Shown here: piece after piece, positions 48,973 through 62,096 of the stretch
Layout: the number at the start of each line of letters is the position of its first letter
Position numbering within the stretch: position 1 is the stretch's first letter
DNA from: Lama glama
Taxonomy: Eukaryota
Direction of reading: 5' to 3'
Assembly (NCBI GenBank): GCA_028534125.1
Contig: CM052817.1
Span: 15,006,001 to 15,070,000 of the forward strand
DNA length: 64,000 nt
The notes under the pieces: generated by a model
The model's input: the letters and a program-made list of their open reading frames with translations, nothing else
Databases searched by the model: none
Told to the model about the DNA's origin: nothing
Program-made: the position numbers and the translations under genes

Positions 48973-49057
48973 GAGAGAGAGAGAGAGAGAGAGACAGGCA
49001 GAGAGAAAGGAGAGAGAGAAAGGAAAGAAGGAAGGAAAGAAGGAAGGAAGGAGGAAG
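48972..49057. repeat. (GA)n/(GGAA)n simple repeat at an L1 tail
   Basis: Visible purine array directly after the L1 3' end. Confidence 0.9.
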
Positions 49058-51206
49058 CCACATCTAACAACTGGTCCAGTAGAAAGGAAACTAGGGGGAT
49101 AAACTGCATCTTCCTCTCCTCCCACTGTCTCTCATAGGTATGTCTCTCCCTTCCCCAGAAGCCAGAGGGCCAGGGGGTCCCTTAGAGGCCAGCCTTCTGG
49201 AGCCTGGAGCAGAAAGGAGGGAGATCTGTGGGAAGAAGTGGAGACACAGCCAGCACAGAATGTCTTTACGCCATGTGAGGCCCTTCAAGAACCACTGGGG
49301 AGAAAAATGTTAGGTAGGAAAGTACCTCTTGGTTAAATGACTTGCAAATGAGACAATAGACAACAATGGGCAAACTGACTGAGGAACCCTGTCTACACCA
49401 GAAAAGTCCAGTGCGATGTTGTAACAGACTCATCCACAGTGTGCCTCTCTGTTTCCCATCGCTGCACTCACAAAGGAAAATCTAGGCACGACAGTCTGAA
49501 ATCTTCTTTCTCAGGTGCTTGTGTGCTCACCTGCAGAGCCCTCTGTCTGATGGTCCTCAGGGATGTGTGGTCTTTCTGAAAGTCAAAATCAAAGATTAGG
49601 ACCTACTTCACACAGCCTAGTGTCCCTCAGCGAGTCTTCAGGTGTCTGAGATCCTTTTATATGCATTCATTTAATATTTTATTTACCTGCTGTCACTAAG
49701 TTAGAGGGATTTATAGGTGAGTTCAGTGGATAACTGAAATGTGACATCATATATAACTTCTAATGTCAAATAATAGTAAAAATTTTTAAAATTATGGCAC
49801 ACTTCCATGTTCAGGGAGGTAAAAATGCAAAGCATGATTTTTTGAATCTTTGGAAAGACTCAGTTTAATCAGAGTACTTACGTACTTTTGTAAGATATGG
49901 ATGCATTAATACTATTGTATTATGTAGGACTTCCTTGTTTTCATTAAATGGCCTAAGATTGCTCTTATTATTATTTTTTAGGCTTTGGTTATATTTTTTT
50001 TTGTCATTTATCTTCTTTCTGTCAGTCTAATGCTTCCCATAACTTCCAGCCTGTTTGTGCAACTGTTGAGTCTAACCTAAGAGGATTAAAAAATTAAATT
50101 TCCATATGTGTTGGAATTGTGTGTAAATGAAAGGTAAACAGGCACCAAGAGGCTATAGAAGACACACATTTTGATGAATAAATGCTGTGACACTGATTTT
50201 GCCTTTTACTGGAATTTTCTTCTTCTTTTTAAAGGTTTTCAGATAAGCTCTGGGTTTTTAAATCCTTGTTCAGTTTGATATTTCTGTATTTCCACATCAT
50301 CCCATACCATTTCTCAGGTTTGCTAGTTTCTTATGTTTATGATCTATTTAACATGGTCATTTTTAACATTTATTTTTCTCAAACTGTAAGTGATTCCAGC
50401 CTCCATATGGGTTGGGAGGATATGGAGGAAAAGTCTGAGATCTAAGTGGAGCCCAATTGGTTTTACAGGTTTAGTTACAGTCATGCTCAGTCAGGAGTTC
50501 CTGCCTGAAGGTTTCCACTCTTCTAATGAGTCACTTGGTTTTCTGTGGGGTCCTCAAGTTGATCCTTTCTGTATTTTTCCTATTTTATGTTCCTGTTTTT
50601 GTTTATGGCAAAAGAGACCATACACATGTTTTTTCAGTTTCTTTGGATTAGAAAGTCTGGACCTGAACTGGGAGTCTGAACCATATTAACCCTTCACAAG
50701 GTAGATATCACAATACCTATTTTACTGTTGAAGAAATTGAGGACTTGAGTTTTTTTCACTTCCTTCAGATACCTTTGTTAGTCAGTGGAGAGCCAAGACT
50801 TATATACCAGCATCCCTGGCTCAATATTCTTTTAAAAATAATTTTCAGATTTATTAAGTTCTCATTCGCTCAGAATTCTATACAAGGTGACACTGTATGG
50901 AGTGATAGGAAGGCCACCGTTCCTTCTAGATTGGAAGTTTCATTTTGGAGTCAGAGAATGTGTCATATTCACTTTCTGACAATTAGTGCCATCCAAAAAT
51001 TTTGTTAATTCAATGAAGAATCACTGATTCTTAGGTTTCTATTCTACTTAGGTTTCTGTAGTTTCAGATTACAGAGTAAATTAAAAAAAAAGTTATTCTT
51101 ATAAATCTCCAAATTCATGTCTTATTGTCAATAAAGAGTCAGAAGATATTCATTTGATTACTCAAGGAGTATTGATTGAGCAAACTGCCCTATATCACTA
51201 CATCAG

Positions 51207-51566
51207 TGTATTAGTTATCCACTGCTGTGTAACAAGTCATTCCGAAATTTAGTGGCTTAAAGCAACATACAAACATTGTCTCAGAGTTTCCGTGGGTTAA
51301 GAAGATAGGAAAGGATGGCTGGATGCCCCCAATGCAGGGTTTCTCTCCAGACTGCAGTCAAGGTATCTTTGGGAGCTGCAGTCATCTCAAGGCTCAACTG
51401 GAAAAGGATTCACTTCTAGGTTCATTCATGGGGCTGTTGTCAGTTATGCAAATGTCCACTGCCAAGCTCACTCACACGGCCAGAAGGAGGCCCCAGAGCC
51501 TCACTGGGTGTTGACTGGGGACAGCAGTTCCATGCCATGTGGGCCTCTCCTTAGGGTTATGCAACA
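51207..51566 (-). mobile_element. MaLR LTR fragment (MLT1F-H-like)
   Basis: 'tgtattagttatccactgctgtgtaacaa...tttagtggcttaaagcaaca...gctgcagtcatctcaaggctcaactgg'. Confidence 0.85.
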
Positions 51567-52179
51567 GATAAGGAGGTTTTGTGCAGCGGTGATGACTGGG
51601 CTCTGTGGCAGCCAAAACATGGGTATGAGTCATTTCCTCTTCCCAAGAAGATTATAGTGGAGCTAAAGAGATGGCCTATATACAACAGGAATTCTTAATT
51701 AATACAAGACTGTATGTAATTCTTTGTAAAAATGAGTGGCCCTTGCTTTTTATAGATAGAGCTTGTATCTGAATCCCTATGGTTGAAATGAGAAAATCAC
51801 TGGTTCTGCAAGAAAGAGATTGTATAAGAGTGCAGAGAAAGGGAAGATGTCTGAGAAATGAAGGTACTAGTGTAATATAACTATTTACCTGGGAATCGAG
51901 TCACAATGTTTAGATTTCAAAGAAAAGCTCCTAATGACTCTCACAAATTTTAAATCATGAAGCATTTACTGTGCATGCCATGTATGTGACACACTGTACA
52001 AAATATTGTAAACAGAATCTTCCTTTATGCACATAATAACCCTGAAATTAGTTAGCATTACTCCTATCTTTACAGAGGAGTTCCATGAGACTCAGTTATG
52101 CAAACTGGTGTGCTCAATGGTAGTGCTAAGATTTGAGTTTACAATGCCATGTTGCAAGTACTGTATCATACAGTTTTTT

Positions 52180-53200
52180 TTTTAATTTGTTCAATACTTT
52201 TATCCAAATAAAAATGTCCCAGGACCTGTTTAAGGCCTTGGAGATACAGAGATGAACAAGGTAGAAGTCTTCCTTGATGTTTTATGGTTTATATCCTAGC
52301 GGGAGAAGTAGTGGGCTGGGGAGACAATTAAGAAATGAATAAACCAGAAAAACATGAGGTAGAGATAAGTTATGTATCTGTCTTCCCCCCACTGGAATGT
52401 AAACTTGAGAACAAACACTTGTCATTCTATCACTATATTCCACAATACCTGAAAGGGTTCTTAACACAGGGTAGGGGTTCAATCAAGTGACCAGAAATTA
52501 ATGAGCAAGAAATAGAATATGCCAAGTAGAAAACAAAATGAAGATGGGATTGATAGGGACTGAGGGATTACTTGAGATTAGCTAATTAGGGAGTGCTTCA
52601 CTGAAGAGCTCAGTATTTGAGCTGAGGTCTGAAAGACAAGAGGAAGCCAGCCATCCAAACATCAGGATGAAGAGCATTCCATACAGAAATGAACAGCTAG
52701 TGCAAAGGCCCTGGGGTGGGAGTAGACTTGGTGATTTTTATCAACAGAAAAGAGATGTGTGTGGGTTGAGGGTGAAAAGGTGGATAAGAGAGGAGGCCAG
52801 AGAGACGGCTAGGGTGAGGTCATGTGAGGCTCAGGAGGCCACTGGGTTGAGTTTGGATTTTATTTTATTATTTTTTTAATTTATTTTATTTTATTTTTTA
52901 CTAAGGATTTTATTTTAAATGTGATAAAAGCCACTGGAAGGGTTTTAACCAGGAAATCAGGAAAATAACAGTCTTTTACAACAGTCCAGGTAAGAAGTAA
53001 TGGAAGCTTAGATTAGCAGATAGAGGTAAAAACGGAGGGAAGGAGGCAATGTTATTCATTGATCAGCTGCTTATTGATGATTTGAATATGGGAGGGAGTT
53101 GTTGAAGAAAGCTGGTTAATCAAGAGTGACTCTTAACTATGTGACCTTGTTTATTTTGGGAAGTAGGGGTGATGTTTCTTCAGGTATTGAAGATTGAGAA
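52180..53200 (-). mobile_element. L2 LINE fragment containing an opposite-strand L2 3' end at about 52370-52505
   Basis: 'ggagatacagagatgaacaag...tttgagctgaggtctgaa...tgcaaaggccctggggtggg...aagccactggaagggttttaa'. Confidence 0.8.
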
Positions 53201-53206
53201 CCAAAA

Positions 53207-53468
53207 CTATGAGTTTGCTAGGACTGCCTTAAAAAGGTGCTATAAACCAGGTGCCTTAAACAGCAGAAATTTATTGTCTCACTGTTCTGGAGACTAGAAG
53301 TCTAAGATCAAGTTTTGGTAAGGATGATTCCTTCTGAGTGTTGTGAGGGAGAATCTATTCCATGCTTCTCCCCCAGCTTCTGGTGGTTTGTTGACAAGCC
53401 TTGGGGTTCCTTGGCTTGTAGATGCATTACCCCCACCTCTGCATTCTGCATTCATCTCTATGTGGCAT
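53207..53468 (-). mobile_element. MaLR LTR fragment (MLT1C-like)
   Basis: 'tatgagtttgctaggactgcc...cagaaatttattgtctcactgttctggagactagaagtc...cccagcttctggtgg'. Confidence 0.85.
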
Positions 53469-53595
53469 GAGCAAGTTGAAGGCAACGGGGAGAACTCACA
53501 GTTTCACTCCTGACTATGTTAATTAAACTTTGACTATTAGATTCCAAGTAGTGATGCTAGTTACTTTGGAGAGCAGAGAACAAAGAGGCAGACCA

Positions 53596-53910
53596 TAAAT
53601 ACAAAACAGAAACTGACCCATAGACATAGAACACAAATTTGTGGTTGCCAAGAGGATGAGGGGTGGGAAGGAACAGATTGGGATTTCAAAATTTGTAGAT
53701 ACTGAAAGGCATATGCAGAATAGATGAACAAGACTATACTGTATAGCACAGGGAAATATATACAAGATCTTGTGGTAGCTCACAGCAAAAACAAAATGTG
53801 ACAATGAATATAGGTATGTTCATGTATAATTGAAAAATTGTGCTCTACACTGGAATTTGATACAGCATTGTAAAATGACTATAACTCAATAAAAAATGTT
53901 AAAAAAAAAA
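53596..53910 (+). mobile_element. Young LINE-1 3'UTR fragment with A tail and TSD (same type as 16311-17180)
   Basis: Closely matches the reverse complement of about 16325-16630; TSD gaggcagacca (53585-53595) / gaggcagatca (53912-53922). Confidence 0.93.
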
Positions 53911-55269
53911 GGAGGCAGATCACAGCCGAAAAAGTTTCATGGAAAAGTGCCTGAAGGATGGGAAGAGTTTTGGCAACATTAAATTCCAGGCCTCCCTTGT
54001 CATTTGAATAAGTAAATGGATAAGGAAATGTATCATAACCACAGAGAAGCATTTACTGTTTTTCCCTTCACTGAGGGGAAGATTGCCAAGGACCTACTCA
54101 ACTTGTTATTTCAACAAGTAACTTCAGCCATTTCCAGATGGAGCTGACATCTACCCAGGAGGGAACTCTGACTTACAAATATCCTTTGCTTCCCAGTGAA
54201 AGCATCTTTCCCACAGTCTCCGTTAAGAAAACAGGTCTCCACTGCCATTGGTTTAGTCTCGTCCATGTCCAGGAACATGAAGTGAAGATAATGGGGAAAA
54301 CAAAGCCACTGCATTGGGAATGGCTCCCACTTCTAACACGGCATGCCTAGATATGATTGAGGGATTGACTGAAAATTCTAGTCTGATCATGCCACTTCCT
54401 TGATTAAAGATTTTAATTGCTTCCCATTGTTTTTAGACAAAAACCTCCTGATCCTAAACTTTGCCTAGAAGAGCTCTGGTCTTGCTGATTCTCTCTCTCC
54501 TTTGCTTTCCAGCCTCATTGGACTTCCTTTATTTCTCCCCCCACTTCCCCACATGACTTACTCCCTTTTGCATACGGGACTTCAAATGTACCTCAAGGGT
54601 CTCCCTTGTAAATTTGGTTTTCTTGCCCTCCCACTACTCTAGCTTAATGATTCCACTTACCCTCCAGATGACTGAAGCACCTAAGTCTTCAGGGGGCATC
54701 AGAAACCTGTTTCATTCTCATTTGGCATTCCACACTTGTCTGCTTCTTTTTGTAGTATCTTTCGAAGAAGTAGGTAGGTTTTGACAAAAGGTAATTCATT
54801 TGTAATGCAGGCAAATTTAGGATATTCCATGCATCACCACTAGGGGGAGGGCCGCACTGCCCAAGTTTTCAGCTTCAGAACTTTGGTTATAGGTTATTCG
54901 ATGGAATAAAGTGCAAAAAGGAAAGTTAAGGGCAGCTGCCCAGCTGCAGTGGAGAAGTGGGAAATGAAGGCAGTGTTAGTGCTGGAGAATAGCAAAACAA
55001 GACACAAGACAGAAATCCGACAGGAATGGTTGTTGGTGATTACGGGTGTTGAAGGGGTGTAGCACGAAGTGTTACACATTTGGTACTGAATGCCCTTGGG
55101 AGGAGGAGACGTCTTCACACAGGGTGCTGCTAGGGGCTTTGGTGCAACAAGCCCCCACTATGCAAAAACTGTAGATGATCACGTAGAAACTCAAATGGGG
55201 GAATTTACAAGACTCTTGACAGATGAGCTGCAGATTTGAATTTTGTTGTACACAACAGGTTGAGAAGCT

Positions 55270-55680
55270 AGGGGTTAAAATCTTGGGCTATGGTTTGGAG
55301 TCCTAGATCTGTCACCTACTAGTTGGGTTACCTTTCACAAGTGACATTACTTCTCTGTGCCTTGGTTTCCTCATCTGCAAGTTGAGCATAAGTTTAGTCC
55401 TGGGAGGGTTATTGTGAACAATTAAAAACAGTATCATGCTTATTATCTGTCAGGTGTTAAAGTCCTTTGTGTCTGAATCCTTTGGTTCTCAGAGCAACAT
55501 ATTACACACATATTATTGTTATGATGATTATTATCCCTATTTCATACCTGAGGGATCTGAGGCATAGAGGAGTTTGGAAATTTGCTGAAGTCACAGAGCC
55601 GAAAGTAGCAGACTTAGGAGGTGAACCCACCGGGCCCTTAGAACAATGCCTGGCTTGCATCCAGGCAGTCAGAAAGGGTG
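55270..55680. mobile_element. + strand MIR with an opposite-strand MIR nested at about 55440-55630
   Basis: Core 'ctctgtgccttggtttcctcatctgcaa' and reverse core 'tttcatacctgagggatctgaggcatagagg...gctgaagtcacagagc'; the + MIR resumes at 'cttagaacaatgcctggc'. Confidence 0.7.
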
Positions 55681-55780
55681 AGATGTTATTCTGCTGTTTC
55701 CCGGGAAGGCCCTGCCTAGCTGTATGTATTTGGTGGTTCAGGAGTCAGACATCTATTTTGTAAAACCTGATTTTGTGTGA

Positions 55781-55812
55781 GGGCAGGGAGGGAGGGAGGG
55801 AGGGAGGGAGGG
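55781..55812 (+). repeat. (GGGA)n microsatellite
   Basis: Eight GGG runs with 1-2 nt spacers. Confidence 0.95.
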
Positions 55813-58699
55813 TGTGGAGAACGGCAGGGGAAAACTGTCGGGCGCTTGGTAGATGCAGCTTCATGGACTATTTTTTGTTAGTTTGTGAGAGGATTCTGGA
55901 TGACTGGGGTCCTAGCAGCACCTGTGCGGACAGCCCAGATGGGTGATCTGTCTCTTCATTTTCGTGTGAAACATGGCAGAGTGCCTCTACCTCCAGAAAG
56001 CCTGAGAGAATCTCAGTGCTGTTGGGGACCCCTCACCTCTCAGCTCACAATAGGCGAGGTTGGGCATTGTGACTCTGACTCCTAGGTAGGCAGCTTTGAT
56101 CCCACTGAGGACCCCAGAGGACGAGACAGTGGGAGAAGCTTCTAGAAGAACAGGGTTTCAACCCATGGGCTGGAGTGAGACAAGAAGACACTTCAGAGGG
56201 CATGTTACACACCAGGGGAGACCTTGAAAAATAACCAAGGGAGAATTCAGAGGAGGGAAATTGGAATATCTTTAACATGAAGGTGAGGTCATTAGGCATC
56301 CACAGGTAATGATTCTCAAAGGGAACACGTCCGAACTTACGTCTGGGTTTACAGGAGAGACAGGCGTCTATTTCCTTTTGCGTAAATGATTCTCTCTATA
56401 TTATAGAAAGGATATGCCTGATGTATTATATAGTACTTACTTCCTGAGACATCTACCCTCAGAAATCTGCATCTTTGCACCATAGTTTGATTGATGTGAG
56501 AGGAAGAGGCTATAGACAGGCACCAAGTTATAATTCAAGTTCAATTTATGGCTCAGTTTAGAAGCAAAATGGTAGTCAACGTAAGTTTTAGTAACATACT
56601 CTCTTAGGAAAGTACTTAATACTGTCCTACAGGATTTGCCACATGAATAGAGACCACAGTAACAAGCGTTATTGAAATCTAATATTTTTATGTTCTGTAA
56701 CTGAGTGCTGTGTCCACCTTATAGGAGCAGAGATGCATTCTGAAGTTTGTATGTTCACAGTATAGGTATCTATTTAAGCTCCTGAAGGGCAGGACTCCCT
56801 CTGCTTATCTGGTTTTATATGATGTCCAGAATTCTGCTAGGTATAGATGGATATTCCACCAATATTATTTAAAGCTACTGCTGCTGGTGTGGTCTTTCTT
56901 GTCACTCACCAGAAAGCACAACTGGAAAATATATCTAACTCTCCTAAGAACTAATGACCCCATGAGATGGGAAAGATTTAGATTCCCCTGCTAGGGATGT
57001 GGATCAGAAGGACCGGGAACCAGCCTCAGAGATTAGAGGGATGTCAACATGTACTGTGGTTGCTACAAATTGACACTGTTTCCATCAAATTTATTACAGT
57101 CTGGTCAAGGTTAATAAATTTGTAGTTCACTTCTCATTGATGTATTAAAGAGGTAGAACAATAAATGATCATTTCTGCCACTTTCCTTAGTTGATACAAT
57201 CACGATAATTGGTTCTGGAGTGTGACAAGGCATGGAGGTGGTGGGGGATTGTACGCAACATGTAGGGGTAAGCCACCGTGGGGAGGAGTTTGTAAACATC
57301 CTCTCAGATTGAGAAGACTGTACCTGTGAAGTGTTTCGGGTAATCACCCCTCCCCTGTGCTTGAGCAATGGCTCTCTGTTATTGAGGGGAGGTAAACAGG
57401 AAGTGATAATCCTGAGTTTTGAAAAGCTTTATTAGAGGTAGATAGAGATGATTAGTAAGGTTGGACCAGAAATGCTTAATGGGTTTCACTCAGCTTTGTG
57501 TGTTTTCCCAGAGCGCTTTTTAAAATGGTAAAGCTCCAGTCCTAAGTATAATGATAATACCTAACATGTACCGAGGGCTTAGCTCTGTGCAAGGAGACAG
57601 GTGCGCATGAGAAATTAGCCAAACAATTCGATGCCTTTGTGGTTGTGATTTGTACGACACTAGGCAGGTGGAACTGCAGCTCTGAAAGTGAGCGACCTCT
57701 CTTCCATTGGCTGCGGGAAGGTCAAACCCTGGGGAAAAGGCAGGGTGCTCTTTTCTGCACTCAAATTTGGAGCCAAGGAAAGCTTGACTATGGGACATGA
57801 GTGCAGTTTCAAACTTCGTCAAGAGATTCAGATACACAGCAATATTGGTAATTGTCTAGTAACATAGATAAATCGTTATGTAGCAACATAGATAAAAAAG
57901 TAATAATGGGATTCAGCCACAAAATGTTTAATCTTGCTTTGCTTTCCCTGAATTTTCTTTTCTCAAATGGAACTTTGTCTTTAACAGTAGAATTTTAGCT
58001 ATTTATTAAAGATACATAAGTTTGGGGTATAGACTAATATAAAATTAAGAACATAGTCTTGGCTCTAGACCTTAATGACTATAGCTATGTGAAAATCAAA
58101 ATCAAAATTAAGTCAAACTGTCTCTGGGGTAAGAGGTCCTTATTTGTAAATGTAGAGGGTTGGACTCAATGATGTCCAAGATGACGCTTAGAACTGAATT
58201 CTGTGATGGATACTGAGCTATCATATGTATTCCAGTCAGTATGGGACCTAGCAGCAGTGCTATGTTGACTGTTTGCCTTGACATCTGACAGTCCTTGGCT
58301 GCTACTCCGAGAGGCATGTCCATGGCTGTGCAAATCCACTGGTTAATACATTAGAGGAGCAGTAACTAAAAAGATTACATACTGGACCTTAATTTACAGC
58401 TAAAAGTGCAACGCAACATCACAGGCAGAGACGGTTTTGGTAGAGATGTTTATAAAAAAAGTTAAAAAAATAGTGATTTGATGCACTGATCTACTCATTG
58501 CTGGGAGAAAAAAAATCAGATTAGCATATAAGTTGGCATCTTAAAAATGATTGAAGAGAAGAGAGAGTAAAAGAAAAGGAGACATAAAGGAAGGAAGACT
58601 AGGATGGGAAGGAGAAAGGAAAAGACAGGAGAGGGAAGAAGGTGGGAAGGAACAAAACCGTGAGGGGAGAGAGGGTCCAGGCAGACTCAGTGCCCTGGT

Positions 58700-59030
58700 G
58701 ACTAAGAGAATGGCTGAAAACCAACACACTGACGCTCAGCTCTGTCTTCTACTAATTTTGTGACTTTGGAGGTTACTTAGCCTCTCAGAGCCTCAGTTGT
58801 CTCATCCATAAAATGTGTCGAATAATGTGTGGTGTCTCCACTTTCCTTACCAGAGTGCACATGTCATCATGTTGCTGTCAGATGACACAAATGAGGCACT
58901 GGGCTCAGCGCCTGGTTAAGTCTCTATGAGCCTTAGCTCTTATTATTATTGTTGTGGCAGTATTGAGGATTAAATGGTGAAATGCATCAGAAATTCTTTA
59001 AAACAATTCCTGGCACCTGCTAAGCAGTAA
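58700..59030 (+). mobile_element. MIR SINE(s)
   Basis: 'tgtgactttggaggttacttagcctctcagagcctcagttgtctcatccataaaatg'. Confidence 0.75.
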
Positions 59031-59490
59031 ATGGTAGAAAGAAAAAGAATTGTAGTTGGATTTATGGAGACCTTTAATAATGACCTCTGCTGGATGCACT
59101 ATGCTGTCATCACCATGATCTGGCAAGGCTGGATCGTCACTTTCTTTTGAGGGTGAAAAAAAATCGATGCTTGGAGGTTACCTGACCCACAACCATGATG
59201 CTGGGAAGAGAGAGGTGTGAATTCAAAGATGTTAATTAGTCCAATGTGACAAATCCAAGCTCTTTCTTCTACACCATTGCCAGACATCACCTTTGGCTTT
59301 TTAATAATTTTTTCATTTTTTTGTAAACAATAACTCTGAGAGGTAATTATTCTGCTTTTCACTTACAGAAAATCCCAGAAAAGAAGATCTAAACCCATCA
59401 TTCTCAGATTCCAAAGCCTATTTTCTTTCTATACTAAGAACATACCGATGAGTATTTTGTAAACTGTTGAGTGTGTAGCCCTCTGCACAC

Positions 59491-59845
59491 CAGCATCGTC
59501 CAACGAAAATAGAACATGAGCTTCCCAAATAAGACACAGAGGTGATTCAATATTGTCTAACAGTCACCCTAAAGCAAGTGAAAAAGAAACAGGTGAAGTT
59601 AATTTTAATATATTTTATTGCACTCAATGTATCTGAAATACTTTTACTTAATCATGTAATCAGTATGAAGATGGCTAATGACATGTTGGCATTCTTCCCC
59701 TGCCCCCCCCCCCGCCCAGTGCTTAGTCTTTGCTATCTGTTGTGTATTTTATATTTACAGCACATCTCAACTGAGGCTAGCCTCAATTCAGATGGTGTTT
59801 GAAATCCTGAAGTGGCTAGTGGCTACCACATTGGGTAAGAGTAGA
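59491..59845. mobile_element. MER33-like hAT-Charlie MITE
   Basis: 'cagcatcgtccaacgaaa...aaaaagaaacaggtgaagttaattttaata...tttacagcacatctcaa...gtggctagtggctaccacattgg'. Confidence 0.85.
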
Positions 59846-61932
59846 TGTAGAAAATAGCTTTGTCAGTTTGGATGATTCTCCAAGCCAAGAAGGGCATTGA
59901 GGTTGGTAACTACTGCAGGATAGCTGCAGTATAACAAAAAAGGAAAAAGGTGATCAGAGATTTTAGGAATTAATCCTGCCCACGAAATTTTGTACTACAT
60001 TCAATAAATCTAGAAAGAATAGAAGAGTCTAACTTATTTTGCTCTTAAGAAAAAAATTGATTTGTTCACTCAAAATAGGAGCTCAATTCCTTTTACCTTT
60101 TTAAAAGCAAGCTTAACAAAGGTAGTTAGGATTTTATGTGGGACAAGAGGAAATATTTAGAATTCATTTACCCAGTATTTTGGGAATACAAAACAGGGAG
60201 ATGGGAGAATGGAAACTGTGGGGATGCCATCAAAGACTTTTATCAGCAAAGCTGTCACTTTATAGAGACATAATCTGACAGGCACTATGCTGAGTTTGCT
60301 TTGGTTGAAAGCTCCCACTTGTAAAGTAATTTTATGAACTCTACTCAGAAATTCATGGGAAAAGGCAAGAGACAATATCACACACTTCTGCCTCTTTTAT
60401 TTACTTATGTCACGCGAACCAGATGCCAGAACTCTTAAATTTGGAGATTTTTTAAGCCTCATGATGAACTAGATAATAGTTAGAGTTGACAGTCAGGGCC
60501 AAAGAATTTCAAGAAAATGCTAAACCTCTGACATTCAGAAGCCACAGTTATATAATACTTCACTGGAGTATTTAATAGTTCCAGAGAGTTACAAAGGGTT
60601 CTCAGAGTTCCCTTTCCAAACCCAGACCACAGTCAGCTCAATTTTTATGTTTGTAGTTCAACCGGCCAAAATATCTGTCTGTGCCTGGGTTGTGTGTAAT
60701 AACTTTAGGTGTATCCACATTTAAATGTTATTTCTTCATTTTGTATCCCTTGCTTGGTTTTTTTCACCTACACGGCTGCTTTACCAGACTCTTGTGATTT
60801 TTATTATAGTTCTAGAACAATTAGAAATACTAGTAATTAAATTGCTAAAATCTGCCTGTGTAGAGTAAGAACATCTCAATTCTATCAGTCTGGGTGTTAA
60901 TTATTTTAGGCAAGCTGTCATTTAGGCTTTCTGAAGTGGATTTTGTTCTTGTAGTCAAGAACATTGCTTAGCGCAGAATTAATTAATCATTATAAATATA
61001 AAACCTGCAGTATCAGCTCCTGTGTTCAGAAAGGTTTCAAGAGGCAAGGTTGAAAGAGTCAGTAGGCTGCTGAAGGGAATCTTATCAGGCACATCCGCCC
61101 CCAATCTGATCAAAGGACAACTAAACTATGGACTTCATTTTTATATAGGAGCATCCTTCAAGGATCATTCCAGAAACTGGAAATGTTTACTTTTTCTAAC
61201 ACAAAGGTTTTTTATCCCCCTAATACTTTAAAGAGATTTTTAAAAGCAAGATTGACAAGGAAATGACTGAAAATTGGAATTTATGTTGGTTGAAGGAAGA
61301 TCCCCCGCCCCAACCACCCCAAATCATTCCTATAGAGCTATGCTGAATAGAACATACATCTTCCGTGGGCTCTGAATTTTCTCAGGTACCCAGTGGCTAT
61401 TTAAATGTTCTACATGATGATCATAATAATTTCTTCCTCACATTAAGGCTCACAGTCATCTGCTACAAGAGAAAAAGCTCACATCTCCATTGCCTTTTCT
61501 AGTATTTTTTTTAAATAAAAATAATGGTTCTACAATATTGTGTCATTTCCCTGCTTTAAAGTGGAAAGAAAATTCAACTGAGTTATACTGGAATTCATTG
61601 ACCAAAACAGGGAGATCATGCCTACATTAGTAAAGAAACCAATTGGCTAAGAGTCTAAATAATAATGATACTAATTGACATTTAATAAGCTCAGTGATAG
61701 GCACTGTATGTGCTTTAAATGCAATTGTCTTGTATAAGCGCATGGTATGTAATTGTCTCATTTAATTCTTACCACTCAGGAGCAAAGGGTGCCCTTAATA
61801 TAGAAAAAAAATGGGCTCAATTTTTATGTAATTTTGCTAATACTTCAAAATTTAAGAAACATTTAGTTATTTAAAGTTGTATATTGAGAATTAGTTCTTT
61901 CCAAGGCGCTCTCCTGAGAGCAAGACAAAGTG

Positions 61933-62096
61933 TACTGCTTCTCAAACTTGAACGTCTAGGCAGACCACCTGAGCACCTTGTCACAGTGCTGACTCTGATT
62001 CAGCAGTTCTGAGTAGGGCTCGAGATTCTGCATTTCCAACACATTCCCAGGTGCTGCTGCTGCTGCTGGTTTGAAGACCACACTTTGAGAACAAGG
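61933..62096. mobile_element. MER5A-like hAT-Charlie MITE
   Basis: 'cttctcaaacttg...ttctgcatttccaacacattcccaggtgctgctgctgctgctggtttgaagaccacactttgagaac'. Confidence 0.85.
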
